DNA of 64,000 nucleotides from a virus (Duplodnaviria; Caudoviricetes): IMG/VR virus record IMGVR_UViG_3300029982_000009; one strand, 5' to 3'. Shown piece by piece: positions 63,646 to 64,000 of this stretch (position 1 is its first letter; each line of letters starts with the position of its first letter). The notes under the pieces were generated by a model. It saw only the letters and a program-made list of their open reading frames with translations, ran no database searches and was not told where the DNA came from. The position numbers and the translations under genes were made by a program.

Positions 63646-64000
63646 ATGAGAATCATTAAACCCGTTGTTATCGTCGAAGACGACCTCGAAATGCTGTTGC
63701 CTAATGGAATGACATTGGCGCAACACATGTTAAAGAAAATTGAAATGTTTTCCAGAAAGTGTTATAAATCAGAAGGTCGAATGACCGATGATTCCTATCT
63801 CACATTTCCCGGTAGACTTTTCAATACAAATCGGCATACCGGAATTGCCGAGCATCGAATGATTTCGTCGACATTCATTACAGATCGAGGAGTCTCCCAC
63901 GAAGGCGTGCGTCACAGAATGGCGGCCTACCTGCAGGAAAGTACAAGGTACGTTGATTATGCAAAAGAAGGCGAGTTAAATAAAGGTGCATCATATATTT
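63646..64000 (+). CDS. thyX: FAD-dependent thymidylate synthase (5' partial, runs off window)
   Basis: translated by hand: ...DRGVSHEGVRHRMAAYLQESTRY, RHRx7S signature; AAGGA RBS. Confidence 0.88.
   Translation, partial: MRIIKPVVIVEDDLEMLLPNGMTLAQHMLKKIEMFSRKCYKSEGRMTDDSYLTFPGRLFNTNRHTGIAEHRMISSTFITDRGVSHEGVRHRMAAYLQESTRYVDYAKEGELNKGASYI

Noticed and set aside
1-64000. CRISPR array or tRNA genes
   Set aside because: No regularly spaced direct repeats with unique spacers and no cloverleaf with T-loop GTTCRA found by eye; a tRNAscan run would be more sensitive
1-64000. Alternative genetic code (TAG/TGA recoding seen in some jumbo phages)
   Set aside because: Long conserved genes are intact in code 11 and TAA, TAG and TGA all terminate genes at sensible positions

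Overview
This window is a 64 kb segment of a large T4-like (jumbo) myovirus genome; it has no bacterial chromosomal genes, rRNA, tRNA or CRISPR array that I can recognise. The background is AT-rich, uses the standard genetic code and is densely coding. Recognisable modules: (i) RNA repair (PseT-like polynucleotide kinase/phosphatase, DRB0094-type and Rnl1-type RNA ligases); (ii) a minus-strand baseplate/tail operon (gp25-, gp6-, gp53/LysM-, gp48/54- and gp5-like genes) followed by two very large, signal-peptide-bearing, Ser/Thr/Gly-rich fibre/adhesin-like proteins; (iii) gp55-like late sigma factor, gp47/gp46 (Mre11/Rad50), clamp-loader subunit, GroES, PhoH, thymidine kinase, dUTPase, ThyX (partial), IF-1, AAA ATPase; (iv) arrays of small paralogues; (v) a 50-60 kb cluster of late-promoter genes including six paralogues with an ADP-ribosyltransferase-like R-S-E motif set, a nucleotidyltransferase, a P-loop kinase and a nuclease-like protein, many sharing an N-terminal M-K/R-I-x-E motif reminiscent of T4 capsid-targeting sequences. 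Regulatory features read directly from the sequence: many TTGACA/TTGCAT-N17-TATAAT/TATACT early promoters, a TAAATA late promoter often exactly 5 nt before ATG (leaderless), an ATT start codon for the late sigma factor, three copies of a ~200 bp promoter-linked module with conserved 106 bp and 52-53 bp spacings, and long palindromic terminators. An Acidobacteriota host is suggested by inference only. All product calls are from motif recognition, not database searches.
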